Positions 46,532 through 60,922 of a stretch of DNA of 64,000 bases are shown here, one piece after another (position 1 is the first letter of the stretch; the number at the start of each line of letters is the position of its first letter). Location: NCBI GenBank assembly GCA_012295275.1, contig CM022665.1:44764001-44828000 (forward strand), in the 5' to 3' direction. A program made the translations under genes and the position numbers. The notes beneath the pieces are model-generated. The model was not told where the DNA came from, made no database searches, and saw only the letters and a list, made by a program, of their open reading frames with translations. This stretch comes from Chrysomallon squamiferum. Taxonomy: Eukaryota; Animalia; Mollusca.

Positions 46532-47540
46532 TAAAATAATAATAAAAATTAAGACAATAAAAAAATATTAATTATAAATTAAAATTAAAAAAATAATAAA
46601 AAAATAAAATAATAAAAATTAAAAAAATAAAAGCATAAATAAATAAATTAAATTAAATAAAAAAAAAAAAATTTTAAAAAAAATAAAATAATAAAAAATA
46701 AAAAAATAATTTTTTAAAAATAAAAATAAAAATAAAAAAATAAAAATAAAATAAAAAATAAAATAAATAAAAATCAAAAAATTTAAATTTTTAAAAAAAA
46801 AAAAAAAAAAAAAAAAATTTTTTAAAATTATTTAAAAAAAATAAAAAAAAATAAAAAAAATAAAATAAATAAAATTAAAAAAAATAAAATAATAAAAAAA
46901 AAAAAAAATAAAAATAAAAAAAAAAAAAAAAAAAAAAAATTAAATTAAATTAAATTTAAAATTTTTTTAAAAATTAAACTCTCTTAAACTACACCGAGTC
47001 TATTCTGTTACGAAACGTTCACTCTGACAGTAAAGAAAGAAATAAATAAATTAAATATGCAAGACTATAAAACTGACGCTGGTCGCCTGCGCTTTAACAA
47101 GAAATAAATCAAAAAGAAAAACGGTCACTGAGATCTCTACAGAGAAATGTTACCCCGCTGTTCAGATATCACAACTTGATGACTACTTTGACATGGAGGA
47201 TATAAAACAGCCATTGTTAATGTTCAAACCATATTAGACTTGTTAACACAGTCACAAGAGTTGTCATTAAAAAAAAAAAAAAAAAAAAAAAAAAATGGAA
47301 AAGAAAAAAAACTCTCCTACTACGTTTTTTACTGATTTATTTAGACGCTGAAACACTGAAAGTTGTTCAAGGGGGTGGGGCGCAACCCAACCCACCCATC
47401 ACCCATTGTTTACTCCCGCCCGGTATATATACATATATATACGTAACATATTTATAAAAATGCTCATTTCATTTATAAAGTTTATAATGCTTTCTTAATT
47501 AAATTAATTTCGTCTTAAAAAAATTATAACTTTTAATAAT

Positions 47541-47737
47541 ATTTTCCCTTTCTGAAATTCTGAAATCGTGACGTCATTACGTACATGGCTGATTAATTGC
47601 TGTATTTATTTACGTAATATTAATTTTCCTCTCTGAAATTCTGGAGTCGTGACGTCATTACGTACATGGCCGATTAATTGCAGTGTTTATTTATATAATA
47701 ACATTTTCCCTTTCTGAAATTTTGGATTCGCCCTTGA
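47541..47737. repeat. ~81-bp tandem repeat (2.4 copies) carrying TGACGTCA
   Basis: attttcc(c/t)(t/c)tctgaaatt at ~47541, ~47623, ~47703; CRE at 47569 and 47650. Confidence 0.8.
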
Positions 47738-47954
47738 AATGAATGATATGGCAGTAAAGAGATTGCACTGAATGGCTTATCGGAAGGAAAGATTAAACTT
47801 ACGTCTGTTCTGTTTGTGAAAAAGAAAACGGCGCCATACAATTTGAGTGATTGTTGAACACACACTTCCTAATGCTAGCTACAAGATAAAAACATTGTAA
47901 TGTGTACGCCAGAGATAAAGTCTTGACATTCGTGTTAGATCTGTGGAATGAACA

Positions 47955-48390
47955 AGTGAGCGAGTGAGTGAGTGAGTGAGTGAGTGAAAGAGTGAATGAA
48001 TGAGTGAATGAATGAGTGAGTGAGTGAGTGAATGAATGAATGAGTGAGTGAGTGAGTGAGTGAATGAGTAAATGAATGAGTGAGTCAGTGAATGAATGAG
48101 TAAATGAACAAAAGTGAGTAAATCATTGTGCCTGTAAATGATTGTGAATACATGACTGAGTTGAGAGTATTGGTGAGTGAATGAGTATGACTGTTAGTAG
48201 TGTATGAATGAGTGAGTGTGTGACTCAGGTTGAGTAAATGTGAGTGTGTGTGTGAGTATGAGTATGTGAATTAGTGAGTGTGAGTATGAGTGTGTGTGAG
48301 TGAGTTTGCGAATGTAAATATGTGAATGAGCGATTGAGTGTGTTTGTGTGTGTGAGTGATAATGAGAACGAATGAGTAAGTAAGTGAATA
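47955..48390. repeat. (TGAG/TGAA)n microsatellite
   Basis: Seen directly. Confidence 0.85.
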
Positions 48391-48513
48391 AACGGAAAGG
48401 TTGTAGACGAATGGGGGAGCGAATGCGTGACTGCATTTGCGGAAGAGTGAACAATTAATTAACGATTTTCAGGCAATGGAAGTTTTACAAGCTTTTCAAG
48501 GTAGAGGTTTTAA

Positions 48514-48557
<44 letters not shown>

Positions 48558-48563
48558 GAATAA

Positions 48564-48594
<31 letters not shown>

Positions 48595-48624
48595 AAGAAA
48601 GAAGAAAATAAATAAATAAGAAAA

Positions 48625-48655
<31 letters not shown>

Positions 48656-49139
48656 ACTGAAACAAAATAAAATGAAACAAAAATCAGAAACATATATATG
48701 AATTTAAAATTCCTCAATTTTCATTTAACAATTAATAACTGGCACGTATCAAACACGTATAATTATTAATTGTGTGTGTGTGTGTGTGAGTGTGCGTGTG
48801 TGTGCGTGTGTGTGTGTGTGTATGTGAAATGAGTACATATGAGATAAGGAAAGTGCTACCGTAGTTAGAGACACTTATACTGACAGGCATGTAAGGATCT
48901 TTCAAGTATCATTAAAAACACTAAAACAAATAACTGCAAACAGCCTACTTGAAGGATTGACTCTGTACGTTTTGAACTGATTACTTTGATATGGAACTAA
49001 AACCACTTACGTTTATACAAACAACAGAAAGTAAACTATGATGACAATGTCTATTTGTTCAGTTTTATTCTTTCTTTTTTTCTAAATAAATAAAATAATT
49101 GGTCCAAAAAAAAAATAACAACAGCAACAACAATAAAAA

Positions 49140-49206
<67 letters not shown>

Positions 49207-49939
49207 CAATAAATGATGATGATGATAATAATAATCATTATCTTCATCATCATCATCATAGCAGCAGAACGAAGTAGTTATAATATATTTATGTATATAA
49301 AAAAAAAAATAAAGAAGGACCATAACTCTTATTTGACTAAATTCTAATTATCGGCAATCACATTGGATAGTTTCCCTTTACCTTCTCGCGTCAAAATTCC
49401 CTAAATCTGTGCGATATTAGTTAGTTTATGGTCATAGGCTGCTATTTCTATCAGTAATAATTTGCTCTTAATAAAATATTATTAACAATTTATACGGCTA
49501 GGTGTATCTTTGTATAAAGACAAAGCCGAATACAGCAGTTGCAGTTTGGCTGGAATGTAAGCAGGATCGATCCCTCAGACTATCGCTCTTGATTCCAGTG
49601 GATCTGCTGTAGGACATTGTAAAAATAGTTTACATTAGAGAAAATTATTTTGTGGGGATAAGTAAGTAGGTATGTAGGTAAAGAAAACAAAGAATGAAAA
49701 ATTGCAGAAATAAATAAAGCATTAATAAATAAATAAAAAATAAATAAATATGAATGGTGATTTGTAAAAGGGTAAGTTTGTAAATAAATAAATGATGTTA
49801 AAAGTCGTTGTTTAAAAAGCATGTGAAAAATTAAAATCTATATTATTATATTTACGTTTATCAATTTTGGATTGTTAAAAACCTAAAAAGACTGAGTTAT
49901 CGTCTTTTCTCTTTATTTTTTATTTTTTTTTTTTTTTTT

Positions 49940-49980
<41 letters not shown>

Positions 49981-50074
49981 CTCACCACCATAAAATAGAA
50001 CAGTTTAGTGACGGATCTCAGAGTTTTAAAAACATCATGGCTAGTTTAAAAGAATAATTATAATAAAAAAAATA

Positions 50075-50105
<31 letters not shown>

Positions 50106-50239
50106 TAATAGATAAGAAAAAATAACAAAAGAGAAAGAAAGAAAATGAAAACTAAATTATATAATCCACCTCTGTCAAATATTTACACAGAGATGAGTAA
50201 CAAACAAACAAACAAGCTGTTTTCATCACAAAATATGTA

Positions 50240-50245
50240 TTTATT
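50240..50245 (-). terminator. Candidate mGluR polyA signal (implies ~6.4 kb 3'UTR)
   Basis: AATAAA on - strand followed ~30 nt later by a (TTGT)n GU-rich tract. Many other AATAAA hexamers occur in this AT-rich DNA. Confidence 0.3.
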
Positions 50246-50762
50246 GGCAAGTATCAGAGTGTAGATCAAAGACATGATTGAAAAACAAGATGACATGATA
50301 ATACAGAACTAGCACTTTGAATAGATTCAAATAAATTAAAACAACACACCATCACTTGAACAAATTAAAACACGGTTGTCTTAACATCTCCCGAACCAAA
50401 TTAAACAAGTAAAAGGTTGTCATATACCTTCTTCATTTAAAACTGTACAAAGGGTTTTCGTAAGATCATCTTGAATTAAAATAGCAAATGGATTATCGTA
50501 ACACCTTCCTGAATTAAAACAGTAAAGGATTTGCAATATTATCTGCTAGAATTAAACCAGAATACGGTACGCCATGTTTTCTATATTACGTATGAACTGT
50601 TACGCATATATGACGTCACCTTTTCGAATGAAAACAGGAGAGACAGACCGAATATCATCCCAGAAAATATAATTAGGAAATCTGAGATATATTTTCTGGA
50701 ATGAGTAAAAAAAAATATTTGTCGCCACTCACAGGATAAATTAAAATATCATTCTGTAATAA

Positions 50763-50814
<52 letters not shown>

Positions 50815-51219
50815 TTTCGCTCGACTGAACAGAAAAGTACTAAAGGTGCTTGTCAGATTAACTCCTGAAATAAATTTTAAAATAAATCATTGTCGCAGCC
50901 CTAACAAGAAAAAAAAAAAATCTTAATCTAAGTAGATTAAGGAATTTATCAAACAAGTCTCCTTGAATAAATAAAATAAAAGGAGACTGTCAAATTACCT
51001 CCTATTTTTTACTTCGAGGAACCAAAAAAACAATAAAAACCTAGGCGAAACTAAAGCGCTGGAATGTAAGTTGAGTTAAAAAGCGCTTGTCATGAATGCC
51101 AAAGATTCAGTATTAATAATAGCAACGTCAAACCTTCTGGGAGGATGTAAGTTTTTATATGTAATACTGTAGATATGTCAAAAGACAAGGAAAGTGATGT
51201 GCTGCCAGTATGATGTCAG

Positions 51220-51285
<66 letters not shown>

Positions 51286-52804
51286 GTACATATATATACA
51301 GATATGCATATACATAATTTTAAAAAAATCTCAGAAACCATTTAATATTTTCTAGATGTTCTTGACGTACATGAAAGATTCTATTTGTTATTTTAACTTT
51401 TTTAAAAAGATATAAATAAATACAATATATAAAAGGGCAAGCTATTGGCAAGCTTTGTAAGTGATGGAGATGTCAGCTAAAAATACATGACAGGATATGG
51501 AAAACAAAAATACCTCAGTGGAAATGAACAATGAAACTGACGTAACTCTAAATTTGATCAGTATACACATACACTGAACAAAAACAAATTAGTGATGTGT
51601 GAAAAAAAGAGATTAATCTCAATGAAAAATTATATTAGAAATAAAGGAGAGGTTGTGTTATTGGAATGGTAGTTGTAGTATAACGTAGTCGTAGTGGTAG
51701 TTCTAGAAGGCAGAGAAAACGTAAAAAAAGAGAGAAGTAATAGATCGACACGGTTTTGTGATAGCTGTGATAGTAGTATACGTTGTAGTTATTATTTGGT
51801 AGTCACAGTGGTTGAGGTAGCGGTAGTCGTGCTAGTAGCGACGGCGTTGTTATTGTAGTAGTAGTAATGATGATGATGATGATGGTTTTCGTGGTTTAGT
51901 TGTAGTAGTATCGGTCGTAATTTAATGAGCTACGTTTAACAAGCGTATTTCGGAAACGGAACGCACACTGAAAAACAGTCTTAAAAACCATTTTAACCAA
52001 ATATCGCCCAGATCTCATTAGTGGAAACCAGTGTATTTATATCTTGCACTTGATGGTCCTGATTTTATTCTTACGCCGTTGACATCGCGGCAATGAAACC
52101 GAGGCTGGGACTTGGTACATTTGGCGCCAAAACGTTTGATGTATTACTCGGAGATCGCGAAGGTCTTGCTAATGAAAATGTCTAACAGAGAAAAGACGCC
52201 ATTTTCGTATACCAGTTGGTAAACAAATAGTAAACTGCAATACTTAATGATAATTAACGACACCAACGACTTACTGATCATCAACACCGACGACGACGTC
52301 ACTACAGCCTATATTTAAAAGTGGTTGTAACCATTATTAAACAATACAGTCCAGTAGTTACTATTAAGTTAAAACGGTCTATTTAAACAGTTTTGGTCAA
52401 AGGATTTAGCGAAGCCTTCTTCTGACGCGAAAATTTAACTGTTTTAATTAACTGAATGAAATTTTACACGTGTTATACTGCTCTGGTAATACTGTGGTCA
52501 ACGCAAAACAAAGAAGATTCCGTTTACGATGGCAGATATGAAGATGCAGTGTTGAGTAAATCATTTCATTTTGTCATTTTTAATCTTTGTGACCATCACA
52601 AAAGGGGTCTTTGGCGTGTATTATTTTCAAGGACATAAATGACTCTGAGACCTCTATAGCTTTCCCGAACCGTGTATCTTTAAGAGGTGTATTAAATCTA
52701 TTCCCTTATAAATTTCATAGTAAGTTTTCAAAACTGAATTAGTAAAATAGATAAAACCGTTTTAAAGTGTAAATGTAGATGGGCCATGAGAAAGAATACT
52801 GACA

Positions 52805-52843
<39 letters not shown>

Positions 52844-52849
52844 TATATA

Positions 52850-53093
52850 CAGGGTGGTTCAAAAGTAGGTTGGCAGTATGTGGGTTATGGTTAGGATTAT
52901 ATTATTACAATGGTGTTCAGTATAACTATGGTATTTCCTGCTATATTATTTAAAATTTTATAACTACAATCATTTAAATTTAATCTGATTTCTTTTCAGA
53001 TAATCCTACTTTTGGATCAAATATAATTGTATATATGTGTAATCCCAAAATAAATGGTATCAATTTACTGTCCACCTACTTTTGGACCACCCT

Positions 53094-53094
<1 letters not shown>
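52850..53094. mobile_element. Tc1/mariner-type MITE, 245 bp
   Basis: TIR cagggtggttcaaaagtaggttggcagta versus reverse complement cagggtggtccaaaagtaggtggacagta. Preceded by TA and followed by TG (mutated TA target), inserted in a TA/CA microsatellite. Confidence 0.88.
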
Positions 53095-53139
<45 letters not shown>

Positions 53140-54832
53140 CGGTTTTGATAATCTGAATACTTAAAACACATTATTGCCAAATCTAACTGGATGACGTCAT
53201 ATTGATCAGGTTAACAAAAGGAAGAAGTCTTTAAAAGATGAAAATAATGACAGTAAAACGAGATGAATAATTTTACAAGTGATTTTTTAAAAACAATAAC
53301 GAGTATTGAACTTTATGTGACAAATAGTTTTGAATACCCATAACTTGGTATAGACACCGTTTTATTCATATGAAGAAAAAGTATAATTTATTTTAACTGG
53401 TGTTAACCTGAAATGATATTTGGTGTTCATTTTGCTATATCATGTAATGCTGTTTAAAGGGAAAAGGCAAGAAAATAGAGGACATTTTGGTTACGATTTT
53501 TTTAAATGAATCATTTCTATCAGACGTCTTTGAATATGTCTGAATTATCTGTTTTAAAACATATTCGTGTCTTTTTTTGTCAGTATATTTGTATTATTTA
53601 TATTACAGTGAGTAAAAATACATTATATATATATATGTGTATTAATGTAGACAATTCATATATATATATATATGAATTAAGTTACTGTGTTTATGAGTAT
53701 ATGTATATTTTTTCGTTGCATATCCATATGAATATGTATGTGTGTATATATCTTTGCATGCAATTTATATATGAGCCTATACATAAATAATGATTATATG
53801 CTTCATATTTGCACGTACATGTGTGAGAGAATCTGTATTAGTGCCAGCGAGTCTTAGAAGGACACTAATTTGTTTAAACTGGAATAACAATTATACTGAA
53901 GCTGCTTTTTTTTCAATAACAATCACATTATTACAGTTTCAAGTGATTTAATTTGTAGTATGATCTGACGTCTGTGTTTCAAAAAATAATTTAATTGAAT
54001 ACAGAGAAATTAATTTAAATCATATTACATCGTTTCCTCTGACATTACATCAATATACATGGTTACAAAAACAGAGCGTAGGAAAATATGCAAATCTACA
54101 TAATTTAAATATTTAACACATATTCAATATACATACAAAAAAAAATCCCATGTAAATATAAAGGAATGATGCCAACAATTGTAATATTATTAACGCCATA
54201 GATAGAATGAAAATTTAGAAATGATCTCAAAATGATTTCTGACATGGTTAATGCTGTTGTGTAGTTTGTTATTCGAAACTGAAATATTAACAAGAAATAA
54301 TTCGTATTTATGTGTGTATAAATCATTCAGAAATGAGATTCGGATGTGTCGAATTCGAACATTGTATTCCATGGCGTAATAAAAACGTCAACAGCTTTTT
54401 TTTTTGTTCTTTTCCCATGGTAACAAAAAGCTAAAGATGATACACTGAACAGTTATATTCTGTCGTCATTCCGTGTTTACGTAACATGCAGTGTAGTTAC
54501 GTAGTACAGTGACGTGATAAAGTACAGTGACGTAATAAAAATATATCTCCTTCAGAGAATAAAATTTACTTTCACATAAATATAAATAAATTCGATTGTT
54601 TCAGTATTAACAGAAGAAGGCATCTTTTAACATGCGGACCTACATGACGTCAATTCGTACATTTATGTAATCGCTCTTTCTCTAGCATCAGTGTTTCTCA
54701 AATTTCGAATCCTTAAACCATAATTAGAAACAAATCTGAAATAAACTCTGAATACTCGCCATTTTATATATTTTTCTCAATTACATGTTAACATTTTTTT
54801 TTTTTTTTTTTTTTTTTTTCATTTATTATTAA

Positions 54833-54863
<31 letters not shown>

Positions 54864-55419
54864 TATATTTTTGTTTTAAATTTATTTTTTTATTTTTTTG
54901 TTGTAGTTAATATATGTTTTCGCTAGAAAAAATTAATTTGTATATTTTTCCAAACTGTTACAAGAAATTACCAGTTTTGATCAATGATTAACTGCAATGA
55001 CATTCTGTTTTATATGTTTCTATATAACTCACTGCCAACTGTGACATTTAGTTTTATGTATTTCTGAGTAACTCTCTGGCAGCCGTTTTGACAAAAGAAA
55101 TTTCCCATCCATCACAAATTATGTATTTTTCAACACAAATGAGTATTGGGAGAAATCAGTTAGCAGCGACATATCAAGTGTCTTAATAATTATGGACAAT
55201 TTTCTATGGCAAAAGACATTAGTTATTTGACAAACACTGATCTAAAAAAAAAAAAATTCAACATTTTCTCTTTGAAAACAAACAACAGAATATTAATTTT
55301 GATATTATTCTTCAACATAAACAACAGCTAACATAAACAGTTATAATATTCCAGGCATCATTCTTGGATTATCTGAAAAGCCTCGTAAAAAATTATAATT
55401 AACAGCTGCAGTAGTTTTC

Positions 55420-56050
<631 letters not shown>

Positions 56051-56508
56051 ACATAGTCACTTTTAAACAGTAAAATTTCGACTCAACCGAATTTTAACTG
56101 TTCTTTATAAAAGATAGTTATTAACAACAGAAGATGTTAATAATACTCTATTCTTTGACATAACCGAAAAGAGTTAATATAGTCATTAAATACGATCCAA
56201 TTATATTTTCCATGCTAAATATAAAATAAAATAATGACAATAATGATGATAATGATAATGATGATGGTGATGTTGATGATGTTGATAATAATAATAATAA
56301 TAATACCAATAATAATAATAACAATAATAATAAAAATAATAATAATAGCAATAATAACAATAATAATAATAATAATTGCAATAACAACAATAATAATAAT
56401 AATAGCAATAATAATAATAATAATATAAATAATAAAAATAATAACAATAATAATAACAACAGTTGCAATAATAATAATAATAATAAAAATAATAACAATA
56501 ATAATAGC

Positions 56509-56541
<33 letters not shown>

Positions 56542-56542
56542 C

Positions 56543-56576
<34 letters not shown>

Positions 56577-56659
56577 TAATAATAATACTCTTAAATCAAC
56601 ATAACCAGTTGCACAAATCAAGACAGTGTGACACACGCAGACTACGACACTTCACACTA

Positions 56660-57806
56660 TCAGAGATCGCTAGTCTGTACCGAAGACATGTCTAGAACGA
56701 GCCCGCGGTGCCTCAGGTAGTTCTGAAAGTCCACCACGCCCTTCTCCTCGTCCTCCAGCGCGGCCAGAGAGAACACGGACAGTTCCTCCGCGGACTTCGC
56801 TGACCCCTGGTTCGAGCTCAGAGTGTTGATGCTTGAGGACGCGCTCTTCGCCTGGGACAAGCCTTGCGGCTGCAGCGCGCCGTAGCTGAAGAGCTGTCGG
56901 TTGCCGCCCGAGGACAGGGCGTCTAAAGGGCTGGGCAGGTTCTGGGTGGGGACGATGGAGCACGAGTGTTTCCTGCGGGGAGACACCTCCTGGGGCAGCT
57001 TGTGCTTCTTTCTGGAGAACACGTGCGGGACGCCCGACCGCGTTTCGTTCTCGAACGCCTTCATGTCCTCGACGAACGACAGCTCCGTCAGGTCGCTGCT
57101 GCGACGGCTCGGCTTCGTCCGTCTGACCCCGCCGTCGTAGTAGTTGCAGCTGGTGTGCCGGTCGCACTCGATGTTCAGCAAGGGCAGGATGTTCTGCGTC
57201 CCGCCGAGGCTGGACTGCGACGGCCTGTGCGAATTGCTGCTGCTGACGGAGTTGCTGAGTCGCGGCGAGTACGTCGATTGCATGCTGACGCCGTCGTTGC
57301 AGTCGAGCTCCTCCTCCTCCTCCTCGTCCTCGTCGTCCTCGTCCTCGTAGTGCTCGTCGTCCACGTGGGTCTGCGACGTCAGCCCCACCTTGCGCCTGCG
57401 CCTCAGTCCCGAGCGGAGGTCGCTCAGCAAGAAGTCGTCCGTCTGACACTCGGAATCGCACGTGAGCCGGGGAGAGACGACGTCGACCTCGTCTTCGTCG
57501 CCTCCGCCTCCGCACCCCATCAGCGACGACGTCTCCTCCGGACAGCTGGTGAGGTTCTCGCACAGCTCCTCTTCCTCCGTCTCCTGTCGCCTGCTCTTGA
57601 AAGACTGAGTCCGCGACCCTCGCCCCGACTGCTCGGCGACCGCGCTCGGTCGCTGGTGGAACATGTGTCGCTGGCTGAACGGCGAGGCGCCGTGCTGCAG
57701 GCTGAACCTCGTTCCCGTGTTGCGCAGGCGCTTCTCGTCCAGCGACTTCTGTCGCCAGCGGTCGCGCCAGTTGTTCGATTTGCAGAAGCCGTCGTATTTC
57801 CCGTCT
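56660..57806 (-). CDS. GRM1/5: mGluR terminal exon: ~381-aa cytoplasmic tail ending ...SSVQTSDL*
   Basis: atttcAG phase-2 acceptor joins the 63242 donor in frame (SDSFEQT-DGKYDG). GC3-rich ORF, TGA TAG double stop, class I PDZ ligand. Confidence 0.88.
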
Positions 57807-58087
57807 CTGAAATAAATTAAATAAATTAACAAGAAATTTTGTATACACAGAAAATGTAGCGAAGTCATTTCTTACAATGTCAGCTGCTTTTGTTTTAACC
57901 TTTTGTTTCCAGTAAATGTTATAAAATGTGACCAATCAAAAATAATAACAGTAATAACGTCACAAACAACAATGATTATAATAACAGTAATAATAATAAC
58001 ATCATCAACGATAGCAGCATCAGTAACAACAAGAACAACTGCAACAATGGTAAAAAAAAAAAAAAATAATAATAATAATAATAATAA

Positions 58088-58118
<31 letters not shown>

Positions 58119-58719
58119 AAGAAGAAGAAGAAGAAGAAGAAGAAATAAATAAATAAATAAATAGATAAATAAACAAACCCAAACAAGCAAAAAATAAAAA
58201 AAAATTCTTTAATAAAGCATTTCCTTTCTTATTAGAAATATCACAAGTCTCGTATGAAACTATTTTTTTTTTAAATAAGTATCCTGGAAAATATTTGGCT
58301 TTTTTTCTCCATTTTCTTTGAAGTTCAGTATACAAGTTTAAATATATGTCTGCTATTCTGGACTTAAACGTATATGTTAAGAAACAAAACCGAACATTCT
58401 CGTGAATTAAAAATATTTCATTTCGATTGTAAACAAACGTTTGATAGCATAGACACGAGTTTATTAACAGCACGAAGGTGAAACAGAAGAGAAATTTGTA
58501 ATTAAACTATTTTATTATCCAAACTCAGATAATGAAAGCAAATAAAATATAGAGAGATGTTTCATTTCTGTAAAGGTGAGAAATAATATTTACTGATATC
58601 ATTAATAAATGAATTAATAAGGTTAAAAATTAAACCAAATTGTTATTAATAACAAAATAATTAAAACGTTAATAAATAATTATTTATTCTGTGATTGAGA
58701 AAATAATCTTCAGATGTAA

Positions 58720-58773
<54 letters not shown>

Positions 58774-58949
58774 ATAATAATAATAATAAAATAAAATAAA
58801 AATAAAGCTGTCCATAAATACCAGTAAAACTAGAACTACAAACTAGCTAACATGGATTTAAGGCAATTGGGTGTGACTGGATTTAGACATAGTGAGCTGC
58901 AAAACTATGAGAACTACTAGAAGCTGTGAATAGCAAGTCTAGAACTATG

Positions 58950-59575
58950 TAACAAGTAAAATGATAAACAGACTATGAAATATAAGTTACATAAAAACCA
59001 ATAAAATGATAAACAGACTATGAAATCTAAGATATATTAAAACATGTAAATGATAAACAGACTATGGAATCTAAGTTACATAAAAACAAATAAAATGATA
59101 AGTAGACTATGAAATGTAAGTTACATAAAAACAAGTTAAATGATAAGTAGACTATGAAATGTAAGCTACACAAAAACAAATAAAATGATAACCAGACTAT
59201 GAGATCTAAGTTACGTAAAAACAAGATAATAGATAAACAGACTATGAAATCTAAGTTACATAAAAACAAATAAATGATAAGTAGACCATGAAATCTAAGT
59301 TACATAAAAACAAATAAATGATAAGTAGACCATGAAATCTAAGTTACATAAAAACAAGTAAAATGATAAACAGACTATGAAATCTAAGTTACATAAAAAC
59401 AAATAAAATGATAAGTAGACTATGAAATCTAAGTCAAATAAAAACAAATAAAATGATATGTAGACTATGAAATGTAAATTACATAAAAATATAAAATCAT
59501 AAACAGACTATAAAATCTAAGTTACATAAAAACAAGTAAAATGATAAGTAGACTATGAAATCTAAGTTACGTAAA
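58950..59575. repeat. ~45-bp minisatellite in the last mGluR intron (~14 copies)
   Basis: aaatgataagtagactatgaaatctaagttacataaaaacaaata repeated. Confidence 0.92.
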
Positions 59576-60283
59576 GTCATAGTAATGCTGTTTTGCAGAT
59601 GTTAGGAAATACTAAGGCTGTATCAAAACTTAGATTACTAAAGGACTTTTCAGACTGGTTGATTTTAGAAAGCGTGATTCATTAACACTCGTCGTTAAGT
59701 AGTTTTAATTTTGTTTTATATGTTTTTCATTCTTTATCAACATATTATTACGTCAGATTTTTTTCGTATGATTGTTTAATATGTTCTCGTGTATTTGTGG
59801 TTGTTTCTACATTGTACGTGTGTGTGCGCGTGTCTGCTTGTGTATACGTATGTGTGCGTGCGCACGTGTGTGTATATTGTGTGTATATGTTCGTTCGCGT
59901 AGGTACAGGTGTGTCTGTCTGCATACATATACATATATTTTACATCTACCTATGTTTACGTTTGATTTATGAGTGAAGAATTAAAGCGAATAATAAACCA
60001 GTTTGAGTGTTAGAATTACTATGTTTGCGAAAAGCACTGATATTAAAAGATAACTTGGAATATGTAATTCTAAATACATGAACAAACTTTCGAGCAAAAA
60101 ACAAAACAAAGCAAAAAACGTAACAATAATAAAATAAAACAATATGTAAATAATAAAAAGAGGGAAAAAGCGTGGACAAATAAAACAATAAGAACAACAA
60201 CACAAGAAAAACAACATGAACAGTTTTACTTAAATAGTGAATAACAAATAAAACAAATTCACATTCGAGAAACAGAAACATGC

Positions 60284-60374
<91 letters not shown>

Positions 60375-60837
60375 CGGGAAATATATGGTGCGTGGGTGTT
60401 TGAAGGAGATACGAATATATACATAGATATATAAATATACTGAAAGGGGGGAGGATGAAAGGGTAGAGAGAAAGAGAAGCAGTGAAAGGAAGGAGGGAAG
60501 GTGTGGAAAAATGCAAACACAAATATACTTACACATATATATATATATTTAAATAAGAGTATATACAAAGTGGATATGTACGCCGTTATATAACATCAAT
60601 AAAATGAATTAAAATCAAAAGCAAGCAGAGATCTGAAAAACCGTCATTGTCACACAGATAACTAACAGAGGAGAAAAATCACAGCATCCAGACTTTGATC
60701 TGTTTTTTGTTCGATTTGGCAGCAAAATGTCTTTTATATGAAATATCACGTAATCAGGAATGTAAATAGTTTTTTCTGTGTGTGTGTATATATATATATG
60801 TGTGTGTGTGCATGTGTGTGTGTGTGTGTGTGTTCTG

Positions 60838-60922
60838 GAACTGGCTGGAACGGAATGTAGTCGCCGAAAAGGTTAGATCCTGCGACCTCAAGCGTTTCAA
60901 GAGATTGCTTAACCTTTCTGAG
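60838..60922 (-). mobile_element. tRNA-derived SINE head remnant
   Basis: - strand ctcagaaaggttaagc...gaggtcgcaggatctaacc resembles tRNA A-box/D-arm and T-arm/B-box. Confidence 0.5.

Noticed and set aside
46450-46980. Long irregular A/T-only tract (also 24050-24290)
   Set aside because: Degenerate (AAAAT/AAT)n or noisy long-read consensus; no interpretable structure.
56670-57935. 421-aa - strand ORF and 284-aa + strand ORF overlapping the mGluR tail
   Set aside because: Expected stop-free shadow frames of GC3-rich coding sequence. A downstream AG at 57805 could formally enter the 421-aa frame, but gAG 2 nt after cAG is a poor acceptor.
60746-60917. Apparent alternative short mGluR terminal exon (in-phase ctctcAG acceptor, KVKQSLETLEVAGSNLFGDYIPFQPVPE...)
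   Set aside because: Better explained as a tRNA-SINE head, and the ORF runs into a CA/TA microsatellite. Exonisation cannot be excluded without RNA data.
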